Positions 10,376 to 17,605 of a stretch of 64,000 bases of DNA are shown here, piece after piece. The stretch spans positions 2,823 to 66,822 of the forward strand of contig JAABTV010000008.1 of NCBI GenBank assembly GCA_011389685.1, written 5' to 3'. Below the pieces are notes generated by a model. The model was not told the DNA's origin. It made no database searches and saw nothing but the letters and a program-made list of their open reading frames with translations. Both the position numbers and the translations under genes were made by a program. Position 1 is the stretch's first letter, and each line of letters begins with the position of its first letter. The stretch is from Paracoccaceae bacterium (lineage in GTDB: Bacteria > Pseudomonadota > Alphaproteobacteria > Rhodobacterales > Rhodobacteraceae).

Positions 10376-10854
10376 CAGGCGGCCCCCCTCAGGTCGGCGG
10401 CGGTGTCCATCACCGCGCGGATGATCTTGTCATAGCCCGTGCAGCGGCAGAGATTGCCGGCGAGCCAGTAGCGCACCTCTTCTTCGGACGGGTTCGGGTT
10501 GCGTTCCAGAAGGTTCTTTGCAGCGACGAGGATGCCCGGGGTGCAGATCCCGCATTGCAGCGCCGCATGTTCGAGGAATTTCTGTTGCAGCGGGTGCAGT
10601 TGGTTGCCCTGGGCCATGCCTTCGATGGTGTCGACGGCGCGGCCTTCGGCTTCGGCTGCGAGCATCAGGCAGGAACAGACGAGGCGGCCATCGACCACGA
10701 CGCTGCAGGCGCCGCAATCGCCGGTGCCGCAGCCTTCCTTGCTGCCGGTCATGTCGAGATGATCGCGCAGCACGTCGAGCAGGGTTTCACCGGCCTCGCA
10801 GAGATACTCGGTCTCGTCGCCGTTGATGGTTGTGGTGACATGAATGCGGGACAT
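10375..10854 (-). CDS. (2Fe-2S)-binding small subunit (CoxS-like)
   Basis: GCGTGDCGAC, QCGICTPG, NLCRCTGY. Confidence 0.95.
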   Translation of the reverse strand: MSRIHVTTTINGDETEYLCEAGETLLDVLRDHLDMTGSKEGCGTGDCGACSVVVDGRLVCSCLMLAAEAEGRAVDTIEGMAQGNQLHPLQQKFLEHAALQCGICTPGILVAAKNLLERNPNPSEEEVRYWLAGNLCRCTGYDKIIRAVMDTAADLRGAA

Positions 10855-11726
10855 CAGGTTTCTCCCCCGGTTTTTCCACCAGCGCGGGTGATGGCGATTT
10901 TCGCGGCGCGTTTGGCGAGGACGCCGACCACGTCCTTGCGGAAGGCGATGGTGCCGCGCTTGTCGTCGATGGGTTTGGCCTCGGCCGAGGCGGCCGCGGC
11001 GAGCGCATCGAGCGCGGCGTCATCCCCGGCGGTGCCGATCAGCGTATCGGCGCAGGATTGCGACAGGATCACGGTCGGCGCGACCGCCCCGAGCGCCACG
11101 CGGGCGTCGGAAATTTTCCCCTGATCGTCGAGGGTTAGCGATATGCCACAGCCGACCACGGCGATGTCCATCTCGGTGCGCGGGATGAAGCGCAGATAGG
11201 CGTCGCCGGAGTGGGCGGGCTTGGCGGGCAGGAAAATGGAGGTCACCAGCTCGCCCTTTTCCAGCGAGGTCTTGCCGACGCCGGTGGGGATGCCCTCGAC
11301 CGCGACGTCGCGGGTGCCGTCGGGCCCGGCGATGCGCGCCGTTGCGCGGGCGGCCATCATGGCGGGCACGCTGTCGGCGGCGGGCGAGGCGTTGCAGAGG
11401 TTGCCCGCCAGCGTGGCGCGGCCCTGGATCTGGGTCGAGCCGATGAGGTCGGCGGATTCGACCACCCCGGGCCAGTCGGCCTTGAGCGCGGCGTGTTCGT
11501 TCATCTCGGCCGAGGGCACGGCCGCGCCGATGCGCCAGCCGCCATCCTCTTGGGAAATAACGGTCATTTCCCTGATGCGCTTGATGTCGATAATGGCGCT
11601 GGGCGCGATCTGACCGGCGCGCAGGCGCACCAGAAGATCGGTGCCGCCTGCCAGCACCCGGGCCTCGGGGTCGGCGGCGAGAAGCGCCACGGCCTGGTCT
11701 ACGGATGTCGGGGTTTCGAATCTCAT
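10854..11726 (-). CDS. FAD-binding medium subunit (CoxM-like)
   Basis: Start MRFETPTS; LAGGTDL, ATLAGNLCNASPAAD. Confidence 0.93.
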   Translation of the reverse strand: MRFETPTSVDQAVALLAADPEARVLAGGTDLLVRLRAGQIAPSAIIDIKRIREMTVISQEDGGWRIGAAVPSAEMNEHAALKADWPGVVESADLIGSTQIQGRATLAGNLCNASPAADSVPAMMAARATARIAGPDGTRDVAVEGIPTGVGKTSLEKGELVTSIFLPAKPAHSGDAYLRFIPRTEMDIAVVGCGISLTLDDQGKISDARVALGAVAPTVILSQSCADTLIGTAGDDAALDALAAAASAEAKPIDDKRGTIAFRKDVVGVLAKRAAKIAITRAGGKTGGET

Positions 11727-11890
11727 TCTTTTCAGCTCTCTGCTTGGCCGCGTCCGGCTTGGCGTCACGGGGCGGAATATCGGGCATTCCGCCCGGCACA
11801 AGAGTGTTGCGACTCGGCGCGATTGGCAACCCCTCGCAGCCGGTTGGATGCGCAAAGGGGTCAACAATTCCCTGACCGCACGTCCCGGCA

Positions 11891-12009
11891 GGTTAACGCC
11901 CGATGATTCGGCGAAACCGGGGGGTGACTCGCGGCTGCTGCCCGGCTGCCGGACGTGCACCGCCGCAGTGCAGCGAGAGCGGCGGCTGACCGGTTAACGC
12001 GGCGCGCGG
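11891..12009. repeat. Dispersed ~120-bp intergenic element, copy A
   Basis: GGTTAACGC...CCGGGGGGTGAC...CGGCTGC..CCCGGCTGCC...CGTGCACCGCCGC...GGTTAACGCGGCGCGCGG; the same blocks occur in the same order at 21152-21272. Confidence 0.75.
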
Positions 12010-12076
12010 GGGGCGATCCGCGCGGCGCCGCGAGACGGAGAGTGACATGCGCCGCGGGGTCCGGGCGCAGCCGCGA

Positions 12077-12679
12077 TCAGCGTTTGCGGTCGCGCCGGCT
12101 CGACATCGGTTGAAAGGCGACGCCGACATGGGCCTCGCAATAGGGTTTGCCGGCCTTCACCGGCAGCCCGCAGAACCAGAAATCCTCGGTCGCCGGATCA
12201 CCCACGGGCCATTTGCAGGTCCGTTCGGTCAACTCCATCAGGGTCAGCCGGCGCGCCTTCTTCTCGATCTCGCTGACCTTGGCGAGGGCCTCGGGGCTGA
12301 TCTCGTTGGCCGAGGGCTGTGGCGGCAGCGGCTGTCCGGCGGGGATGATCTGCTTGCGCGCCGGCATGGAGGGTTTCGGTTCGGCCTCGACCTCGGCCTC
12401 GGTTTCGGCGGCCTCGGCGGGTTTTTCGGGCGCCTCACGGGCCGGTTTCGCCGGCTTGGCGCGGGCGGCGCGCGGTTTCGCCTCGGATCTGTCCTCGGGT
12501 TTCTCGGTGGTCTCGGGCGCGGGGGGGGCCGAGCTGCGGTTCGACAGGCCAAGACGGTGGACCTTGCCGATCACGGCATTGCGGGTGACACCGCCGAGTT
12601 CCTTGGCGATCTGGCTGGCGGACTGGCCGTCGCCCCACATCTTCTTGAGAAGTTCCACGCGTTCGTCGGTCCAGGACAT
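12077..12679 (-). CDS. gcrA: GcrA cell-cycle regulator
   Basis: MSWTDERVELLKKMW..GQSASQIAKELGGVTRNAVIGKVHRLGLS; C-terminal TCKWPVGDP..FWFCG...YCEAH. Confidence 0.97.
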   Translation of the reverse strand: MSWTDERVELLKKMWGDGQSASQIAKELGGVTRNAVIGKVHRLGLSNRSSAPPAPETTEKPEDRSEAKPRAARAKPAKPAREAPEKPAEAAETEAEVEAEPKPSMPARKQIIPAGQPLPPQPSANEISPEALAKVSEIEKKARRLTLMELTERTCKWPVGDPATEDFWFCGLPVKAGKPYCEAHVGVAFQPMSSRRDRKR

Positions 12680-12695
12680 CGGGTTTTCCTATTTG

Positions 12696-12726
12696 AAAAG
12701 GGCGGCCACGTCGGTCGGGCCGCCCT
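12696..12726 (-). terminator. Terminator-like hairpin directly upstream of gcrA
   Basis: 9-bp stem AGGGCGGCC/GGCCGCCCT with a 10-nt loop, running into a short T tract on the minus strand. Confidence 0.5.
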
Positions 12727-12746
12727 GCTGTTCCGGTCAGGGCCTT

Positions 12747-12774
12747 ATTCTAAACATCGTGTGGCGCGGTGCAA
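12747..12774 (-). promoter_or_regulatory. Candidate sigma70 promoter of gcrA
   Basis: Minus strand TTGCAC-N16-TAGAAT. Confidence 0.55.
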
Positions 12775-12780
12775 GCTGCG

Positions 12781-12810
12781 ATTCGGGCCTGTCTCATTCG
12801 GGCCTGTCTC
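12781..12810. repeat. Perfect 15-bp tandem duplication (ATTCGGGCCTGTCTC x2)
   Basis: Read directly; sits at the 3' end of the DMT gene. Confidence 0.9.
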
Positions 12811-13714
12811 AGCGTGGAACCGTCGCGGGCTGCCGTTTCCTGAGCCGGGCCTCGCGCCAGGCCAGGACCGCGGCCCCGACGATGATGATCGCCGCCCCGA
12901 GCCCCGAGACGGCATCGGGTCGGGTGCGGAACACGATCGCGTCGAACAGCGCGGCAAAGATCAGCGTGGCATAGGCGAAGGGCACGACAAAGCTGGCCTC
13001 GGCGCGGGCCATGGCGTTGACATAGGCGGCCTGGGCGCAGGCCATGAACGCGCCAACCCCGGCAAGAGCCGCCCATTGCGTGGGCGTGGGCATCACCCAG
13101 AAGGGCAGCACCGCGATTGTGGCGACGATCAACCCGAGGCTGTTGTTGATGAACAGGATCTGAAGCGGCCCCTCGCGGCCCGAGAGCAGCTTGATCAGGG
13201 TGATCTCGACCCCCATGGCCAGCGCCGCCCCCAATGCGAGAAGGGCGGCGGGCTGAAAGCTGGCCGGGGTGGGGCGCAACAGGATCAGCGCGCCCAGCAG
13301 GGCAATTGCGGCGGCGGACCAGCGGATCGGTCCGACCTTCTCGCCCAGCAGCGGGATCGCCAGCAGCATCGCGAAGACCGGGTTGAGAAAGGAGATCGCG
13401 GTGGCGTCGGCCATCGGGATATAGGCGACGGCGGCGAACATCAGGCTGACCCCGGCCCAGCCGCCCAGCGTGCGCAGGGCGTGCAGCCGCAGGTTCGGCC
13501 GCTCCAGGCGCAGCCGCATCGCGGCGGCGGTCGTGGCGATCAGGATCCAGGCAAAGAGAAACCGCCCATGGCTGACCTGCAACGGGTGCAGCGGATCGCC
13601 CAGCCGCCCGGTGCCGGCGAGTTTCGCCAGCAGCGTCGAGGCGGCGATCAGGGCGCAGGCGGTCAGCATGAAGGCGACGGCAAGGCCGGGATTTTGCGCG
13701 CGCGGTATGAACAT
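12809..13714 (-). CDS. DMT/EamA family transporter
   Basis: Start MFIPRAQNPG; about 10 TM helices; ADATAISFLNPVF..LLAIPLLGEKVG EamA signature. Confidence 0.9.
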   Translation of the reverse strand: MFIPRAQNPGLAVAFMLTACALIAASTLLAKLAGTGRLGDPLHPLQVSHGRFLFAWILIATTAAAMRLRLERPNLRLHALRTLGGWAGVSLMFAAVAYIPMADATAISFLNPVFAMLLAIPLLGEKVGPIRWSAAAIALLGALILLRPTPASFQPAALLALGAALAMGVEITLIKLLSGREGPLQILFINNSLGLIVATIAVLPFWVMPTPTQWAALAGVGAFMACAQAAYVNAMARAEASFVVPFAYATLIFAALFDAIVFRTRPDAVSGLGAAIIIVGAAVLAWREARLRKRQPATVPR

Positions 13715-13765
13715 GGGCGACTGTCTGCGCCGCGGATCGCGCCGAGTAAAGTGTGAAACGGGTCC

Positions 13766-13825
13766 GGGAGGATTCAGTCGGGGAAGATTCAGTCTGGGAG
13801 GATTCAGCCGGGGAGGATTCATTTG
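13766..13825 (+). repeat. Tandem array of four 15-bp units (GGGAGGATTCAGYCG-like), each containing GATTC
   Basis: gggaggattcagtcg / gggaagattcagtct / gggaggattcagccg / gggaggattcatttg. Confidence 0.92.
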
Positions 13826-13851
13826 ACAGGTCCGCGCCCGGGCGCTAAGTC
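13823..13851 (+). promoter_or_regulatory. Sigma70-type promoter of the arg leader/argD-argF transcript
   Basis: Perfect TTGACA (13823-13828), 17-bp spacer, TAAGTC -10. Confidence 0.7.
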
Positions 13852-13858
13852 CGCGGCC

Positions 13859-13912
13859 ATGACACGGGACCGCCATATCACGATGATCCGACGTCGACGC
13901 CACCGCGCCTGA
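13859..13912 (+). CDS. Putative Arg-rich leader peptide MTRDRHITMIRRRRHRA
   Basis: ATG 7 nt after the -10 (leaderless); 7 of 17 codons are Arg, including the run CGA CGT CGA CGC; lies upstream of argD. Confidence 0.72.
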   Translation: MTRDRHITMIRRRRHRA

Positions 13913-14030
13913 CGCATCCGCTTCCGTGTCGCGGGGCCGTGCCGCATCGGCCTGCCCCCTTGAACTTGCCGCAAAATCGTTGACGAATGGCCCCGCACCG
14001 GGCAAACCCGGGGCTTTCTCGAGGGAAAGG
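13899..14030 (+). promoter_or_regulatory. Putative attenuator with alternative RNA stems
   Basis: 13899-13907 pairs 13930-13937; 13931-13940 pairs 13987-13996; 13990-13995 pairs 14009-14014 followed by TTTCT. Confidence 0.6.
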
Positions 14031-14038
14031 ATATCCAG

Positions 14039-15226
14039 ATGATCCCGTCTGTTCTGCCAACCTATAACCGCGCACCGCTGGAATTCGTCAAGGGCGAAGG
14101 CAGCTGGCTGGTCGAGCGCGACGGGCGACGCTTTCTCGATCTGGGCTCGGGCATCGCGGTCAACGTGCTGGGCCACGCGCATCCCGATCTCGTGGCCACG
14201 CTGGGCGAACAGGCGCAGAAGCTCTGGCATGTCTCGAACCTCTACCGGATTCCCGAACAGGAACGGCTGGCCGATCTGCTGGTCGAACACACCTTTGCCG
14301 ATACGGTCTTCTTCACCAATTCCGGCACCGAAGCCTGTGAACTGGCGGTCAAGATGGCGCGCAAATACTGGTATGAGGCGGGTGATCCCGAGCGGGTCGA
14401 GATCATCGCCTCCGAGGGCGCGTTCCATGGCCGCTCCACCGCCGCCATCGCCGCCGCCGGGTCGGAAAAGATGGTCAAGGGATTCGGACCGGTTCTGGGC
14501 GGGTTCACCCATCTGCCCTGGGGCGATATCGCGGCGCTGCGGGACGCGGCCAGCGACCGGACCGCCGCGATCCTGATCGAGCCGATCCAGGGCGAGGGCG
14601 GCATCCGGGCGATGCCCGACGAAGACCTGCGCGCCATTCGTGCGATCTGCGATGCGACCGGCGCGCTCCTGATCCTGGACGAGGTGCAATGCGGCATGGG
14701 CCGCACCGGGCGGCTCTTCGCGCATGAATGGGCCGGGATCACCCCCGATATCATGATGGTCGCCAAGGGCATCGGCGGCGGCTTTCCGCTGGGCGCGGTG
14801 CTGGCCAGCGAAGGCGCGGCCTCGGGCATGACGGCAGGCACCCATGGCAGCACCTATGGCGGCAATCCGCTGGGCTGTGCGGTGGGTGCGAAAGTGGTCG
14901 AGATCGTTGCCGCCCCCGATTTCCTCGCGCAGGTCAATGCGCGGGCGGGGGCGCTGCGCCAGAAGCTCGAAGCCCTGGTCGCCGCCCACCCCGAGGTCTT
15001 CGAGGGCGTGCGCGGGGCCGGGCTGATGCTCGGCCTGGTCTGCAAGGCGCCCAACACGGATGTGGTGAGGGCCGGCTTTGACGCGCAGGTGATCACCGTG
15101 CCGGCCGCCGACAACGTGATCCGCCTGCTGCCGCCGCTCAACATCACCGAAGACGAGATCGCCACGGCCGTCGAGCGGCTCGACGCTGCCGCCACGCAGA
15201 TCGAATCCGCCCTTTCATCTTGCTGA
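14039..15226 (+). CDS. argD: Acetylornithine aminotransferase
   Basis: FFTNSGTEA, FHGRS, EPIQGEGG, DEVQCGMGRTG, AKGIGGGFPLGA, HGSTYGGNPL; adjacent to argF. Confidence 0.95.
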   Translation: MIPSVLPTYNRAPLEFVKGEGSWLVERDGRRFLDLGSGIAVNVLGHAHPDLVATLGEQAQKLWHVSNLYRIPEQERLADLLVEHTFADTVFFTNSGTEACELAVKMARKYWYEAGDPERVEIIASEGAFHGRSTAAIAAAGSEKMVKGFGPVLGGFTHLPWGDIAALRDAASDRTAAILIEPIQGEGGIRAMPDEDLRAIRAICDATGALLILDEVQCGMGRTGRLFAHEWAGITPDIMMVAKGIGGGFPLGAVLASEGAASGMTAGTHGSTYGGNPLGCAVGAKVVEIVAAPDFLAQVNARAGALRQKLEALVAAHPEVFEGVRGAGLMLGLVCKAPNTDVVRAGFDAQVITVPAADNVIRLLPPLNITEDEIATAVERLDAAATQIESALSSC

Positions 15227-15259
15227 CAATACTCCGGGGGTCCGGGGGCTGGCCCCCGG
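15214..15259 (+). repeat. REP-like element overlapping the argD stop codon
   Basis: TTCATCTTGCTGACAATACTC followed by a CCGGGGG-CTGG-CCCCCGG hairpin; the first 21 nt match 42870-42890 at 17/21 positions. Confidence 0.55.
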
Positions 15260-15286
15260 TCCTGCCGGTGACATGAGGACCGCCAC

Positions 15287-16213
15287 ATGAATCACTTTCT
15301 CGACCTCCACAAGACCGACCCCGCCGCCCTCAGGGGCATCATCGACCATGCAATCGCAATGAAAAATGCGCGCGCGGGGCGCACACGGGGCGCGGCCGAT
15401 GACGAACATCCGCTGGCCGGGTGCATGGTCGCGCTGATCTTCGAGAAACCCTCGACCCGGACACGGGTTTCCTTCGATGTGGGAGTGCGCCAGATGGGCG
15501 GGCAGACCATGGTGCTTTCGGGCAGCGACATGCAACTCGGCCATGGCGAGACCATCGCCGACACCGCCCGCGTCCTGTCGCGCTATGTCGACCTGATCAT
15601 GATCCGCACCTTCGACGAAAGCGTTCTGACCGAGATGGCGGAATATGCCGATGTGCCGGTGATCAACGGGCTCACCGACCGCACCCACCCCTGCCAGATC
15701 ATGGCCGACGTGATGACCTATGAGGAGCATCGCGGCCCGATCGCCGGCAGGAAGGTGGTGTGGTGTGGCGATGGCAACAATGTCTGCGCCTCGTTCCTGC
15801 ATGCCAGCGCGCAATTCGGGTTCGACATAACCTTTGCCGGGCCGGTCCAGCTTGAACCCGAGCCGGAATTCGTCGGCCTTGCCCGCAAGGCGGGGCGCCA
15901 GGTGACGATCGAGCGCGATGCGAAACGGGCGGTCGAGGGCGCCGACCTGGTCGTGACCGACACCTGGGTGAGCATGCATGACAGCCAGTCGAGCCGCGAG
16001 CGGCGCCACAACATGCTGCGCCCCTACCAGGTGAATGCGGAACTGATGAAACACGCCAATCCCGATGCGCTTTTCATGCATTGCCTGCCCGCCCATCGCG
16101 GCGAAGAGGCGACATCTGAGGTGATGGACGGGCCCCATTCGGTGGTGTTCGACGAGGCCGAGAACCGCCTGCACGCTCAAAAGGCGATCATGCGCTGGTG
16201 CCTCGGGGTCTGA
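15287..16213 (+). CDS. argF: Ornithine carbamoyltransferase
   Basis: [32 protein letters not shown]. Confidence 0.97.
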   Translation: MNHFLDLHKTDPAALRGIIDHAIAMKNARAGRTRGAADDEHPLAGCMVALIFEKPSTRTRVSFDVGVRQMGGQTMVLSGSDMQLGHGETIADTARVLSRYVDLIMIRTFDESVLTEMAEYADVPVINGLTDRTHPCQIMADVMTYEEHRGPIAGRKVVWCGDGNNVCASFLHASAQFGFDITFAGPVQLEPEPEFVGLARKAGRQVTIERDAKRAVEGADLVVTDTWVSMHDSQSSRERRHNMLRPYQVNAELMKHANPDALFMHCLPAHRGEEATSEVMDGPHSVVFDEAENRLHAQKAIMRWCLGV

Positions 16214-16220
16214 GCCGGTC

Positions 16221-16268
16221 AGGGCGGGCGCTTCGCACCCACCCCGGGTCGGGCGCTGCCCTTTCGTT
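16221..16268 (+). terminator. Probable terminator after argF
   Basis: Imperfect GC-rich stem AGGGCG...TGCCCT followed by TTCGTT. Confidence 0.4.
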
Positions 16269-16461
16269 GGGCGTCGGCGGAATCCCATTCGACGCAACAT
16301 GCCATAGAGCCGATCGGGTCGTTTGAAGAGGGGCTTGACCATCGCGGTCCAAGCCTTGCCGCGGAGAGACGGTTTCGGATCGGACATGGCTTCACCCGGC
16401 ATCGTGCCTGTGTCGATCAACCGGTCGGGTGTGAAGCATGCAGGTTTCCCGGTCGTCGCCG

Positions 16462-17415
16462 TCAAGCTGTCAAGACGCGCCTGGGTGCGCCGTCGAGCCA
16501 GGCTTCGATATTCTCCAGCGCCTCGGAAAACGAAACGCGGTAGTTCTCTTCCGTCACATAGCCCAGATGTGGCGAGAGCAAAGTATTGGGAGCGGATCTG
16601 AGCGGATGATCCCCGGGCAGCGGCTCCATCTCGTAGACATCGAGGGCCGCGCCGCCGATCATGCCCTTGTTCAAAGCCGCGACCAGCGCGAGCTCGTCGA
16701 TCACGGCCGCACGCGAAGTGTTTACGAACAATGCGGATTTCTTCATCCTTGCGAATTGCGCCGCGCCGATCATCCCGCGGCTTTCGGCGTTGACGCCCAG
16801 GTGCACCGAAACGACATCCGATTGTTCGAGCAGGGGATCGACGTCGGTTTTCCGAACGCCGTCCGCGCTCGCCGCCTCCTGGGTCAGCGAGCGCGACAGG
16901 GCCAGCACATGCATACCGAAGGCCAGCCCGATTTTCGCAACGTCCTTGCCGATGCGTCCATAACCGACGATGCCGAGCGTCTTGCCGCGCAGACCGTGCC
17001 CAAGCCCGACCTGCCATCCGCCGGCTTTCAGGCTGGCGACTTCGGATGGCAGGTTGCGAAAGAACGCCAGTATCAACCCCCAGGTCAGCTCGACCGTCGG
17101 GTAACCGAGCGTGGCTGTGCCGCAGACCGTGACGCCGCGCGCATTGGCGGCGGCGACGTCGATGGAATTGTTGCGCATTCCCGAGGTCACGATCAGTTCG
17201 AGGTCGGGCAGGGCGGCGATCAGATCGCCGTCGATTTTCGTCCGCTCGCGGTTGCATACCAGCACATGGACCCCGGCAAGTTCTTGTTTCAACTCGTCTC
17301 GGTCGCCGATATAGCGGTTCGATGTCCTGACCGAGGCGCGTCCATCCAGTCGTGTCCAGTCGGCCATTGCGAGTGCCACGTTCTGGTAGTCGTCCAGAAT
17401 GACCACGTTTTTCAT
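16462..17415 (-). CDS. D-2-hydroxyacid dehydrogenase family protein
   Basis: Start MKNVVILDDYQ; GIVGYGRIG, VNTSRA, ALDVY..EPL, PHLGY. Confidence 0.92.
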   Translation of the reverse strand: MKNVVILDDYQNVALAMADWTRLDGRASVRTSNRYIGDRDELKQELAGVHVLVCNRERTKIDGDLIAALPDLELIVTSGMRNNSIDVAAANARGVTVCGTATLGYPTVELTWGLILAFFRNLPSEVASLKAGGWQVGLGHGLRGKTLGIVGYGRIGKDVAKIGLAFGMHVLALSRSLTQEAASADGVRKTDVDPLLEQSDVVSVHLGVNAESRGMIGAAQFARMKKSALFVNTSRAAVIDELALVAALNKGMIGGAALDVYEMEPLPGDHPLRSAPNTLLSPHLGYVTEENYRVSFSEALENIEAWLDGAPRRVLTA

Positions 17416-17605
17416 GCCTGTCGTGCCTCCCGGAAGGATTGCCGCAAGTGGCGCCACATTGCCCCGGCCCCACGCCATGATGCGCGCAGGTCCGGTGCAG
17501 AATAATGCGTTCCATACCTGAAACGGTTATGTCTGCCCGTCGGTCCTGTGCGAATTGTATAGGCGCCTGTCATGGGAAATGCAAAATCCCCTGTTTGCGG
17601 AGAAT

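Noticed and set aside
13766-13825. 15-bp array considered as a mini-CRISPR or iteron set
   Set aside because: Units are contiguous with no spacers, and no cas or rep gene is present
16214-16461. Minus-strand reading MSDPKPSLRGKAWTAMVKPLFKRPDRLYGMLRRMGF from ATG 16387
   Set aside because: No stop before it runs antisense through argF and no recognisable family; may be a gene remnant but I cannot support that
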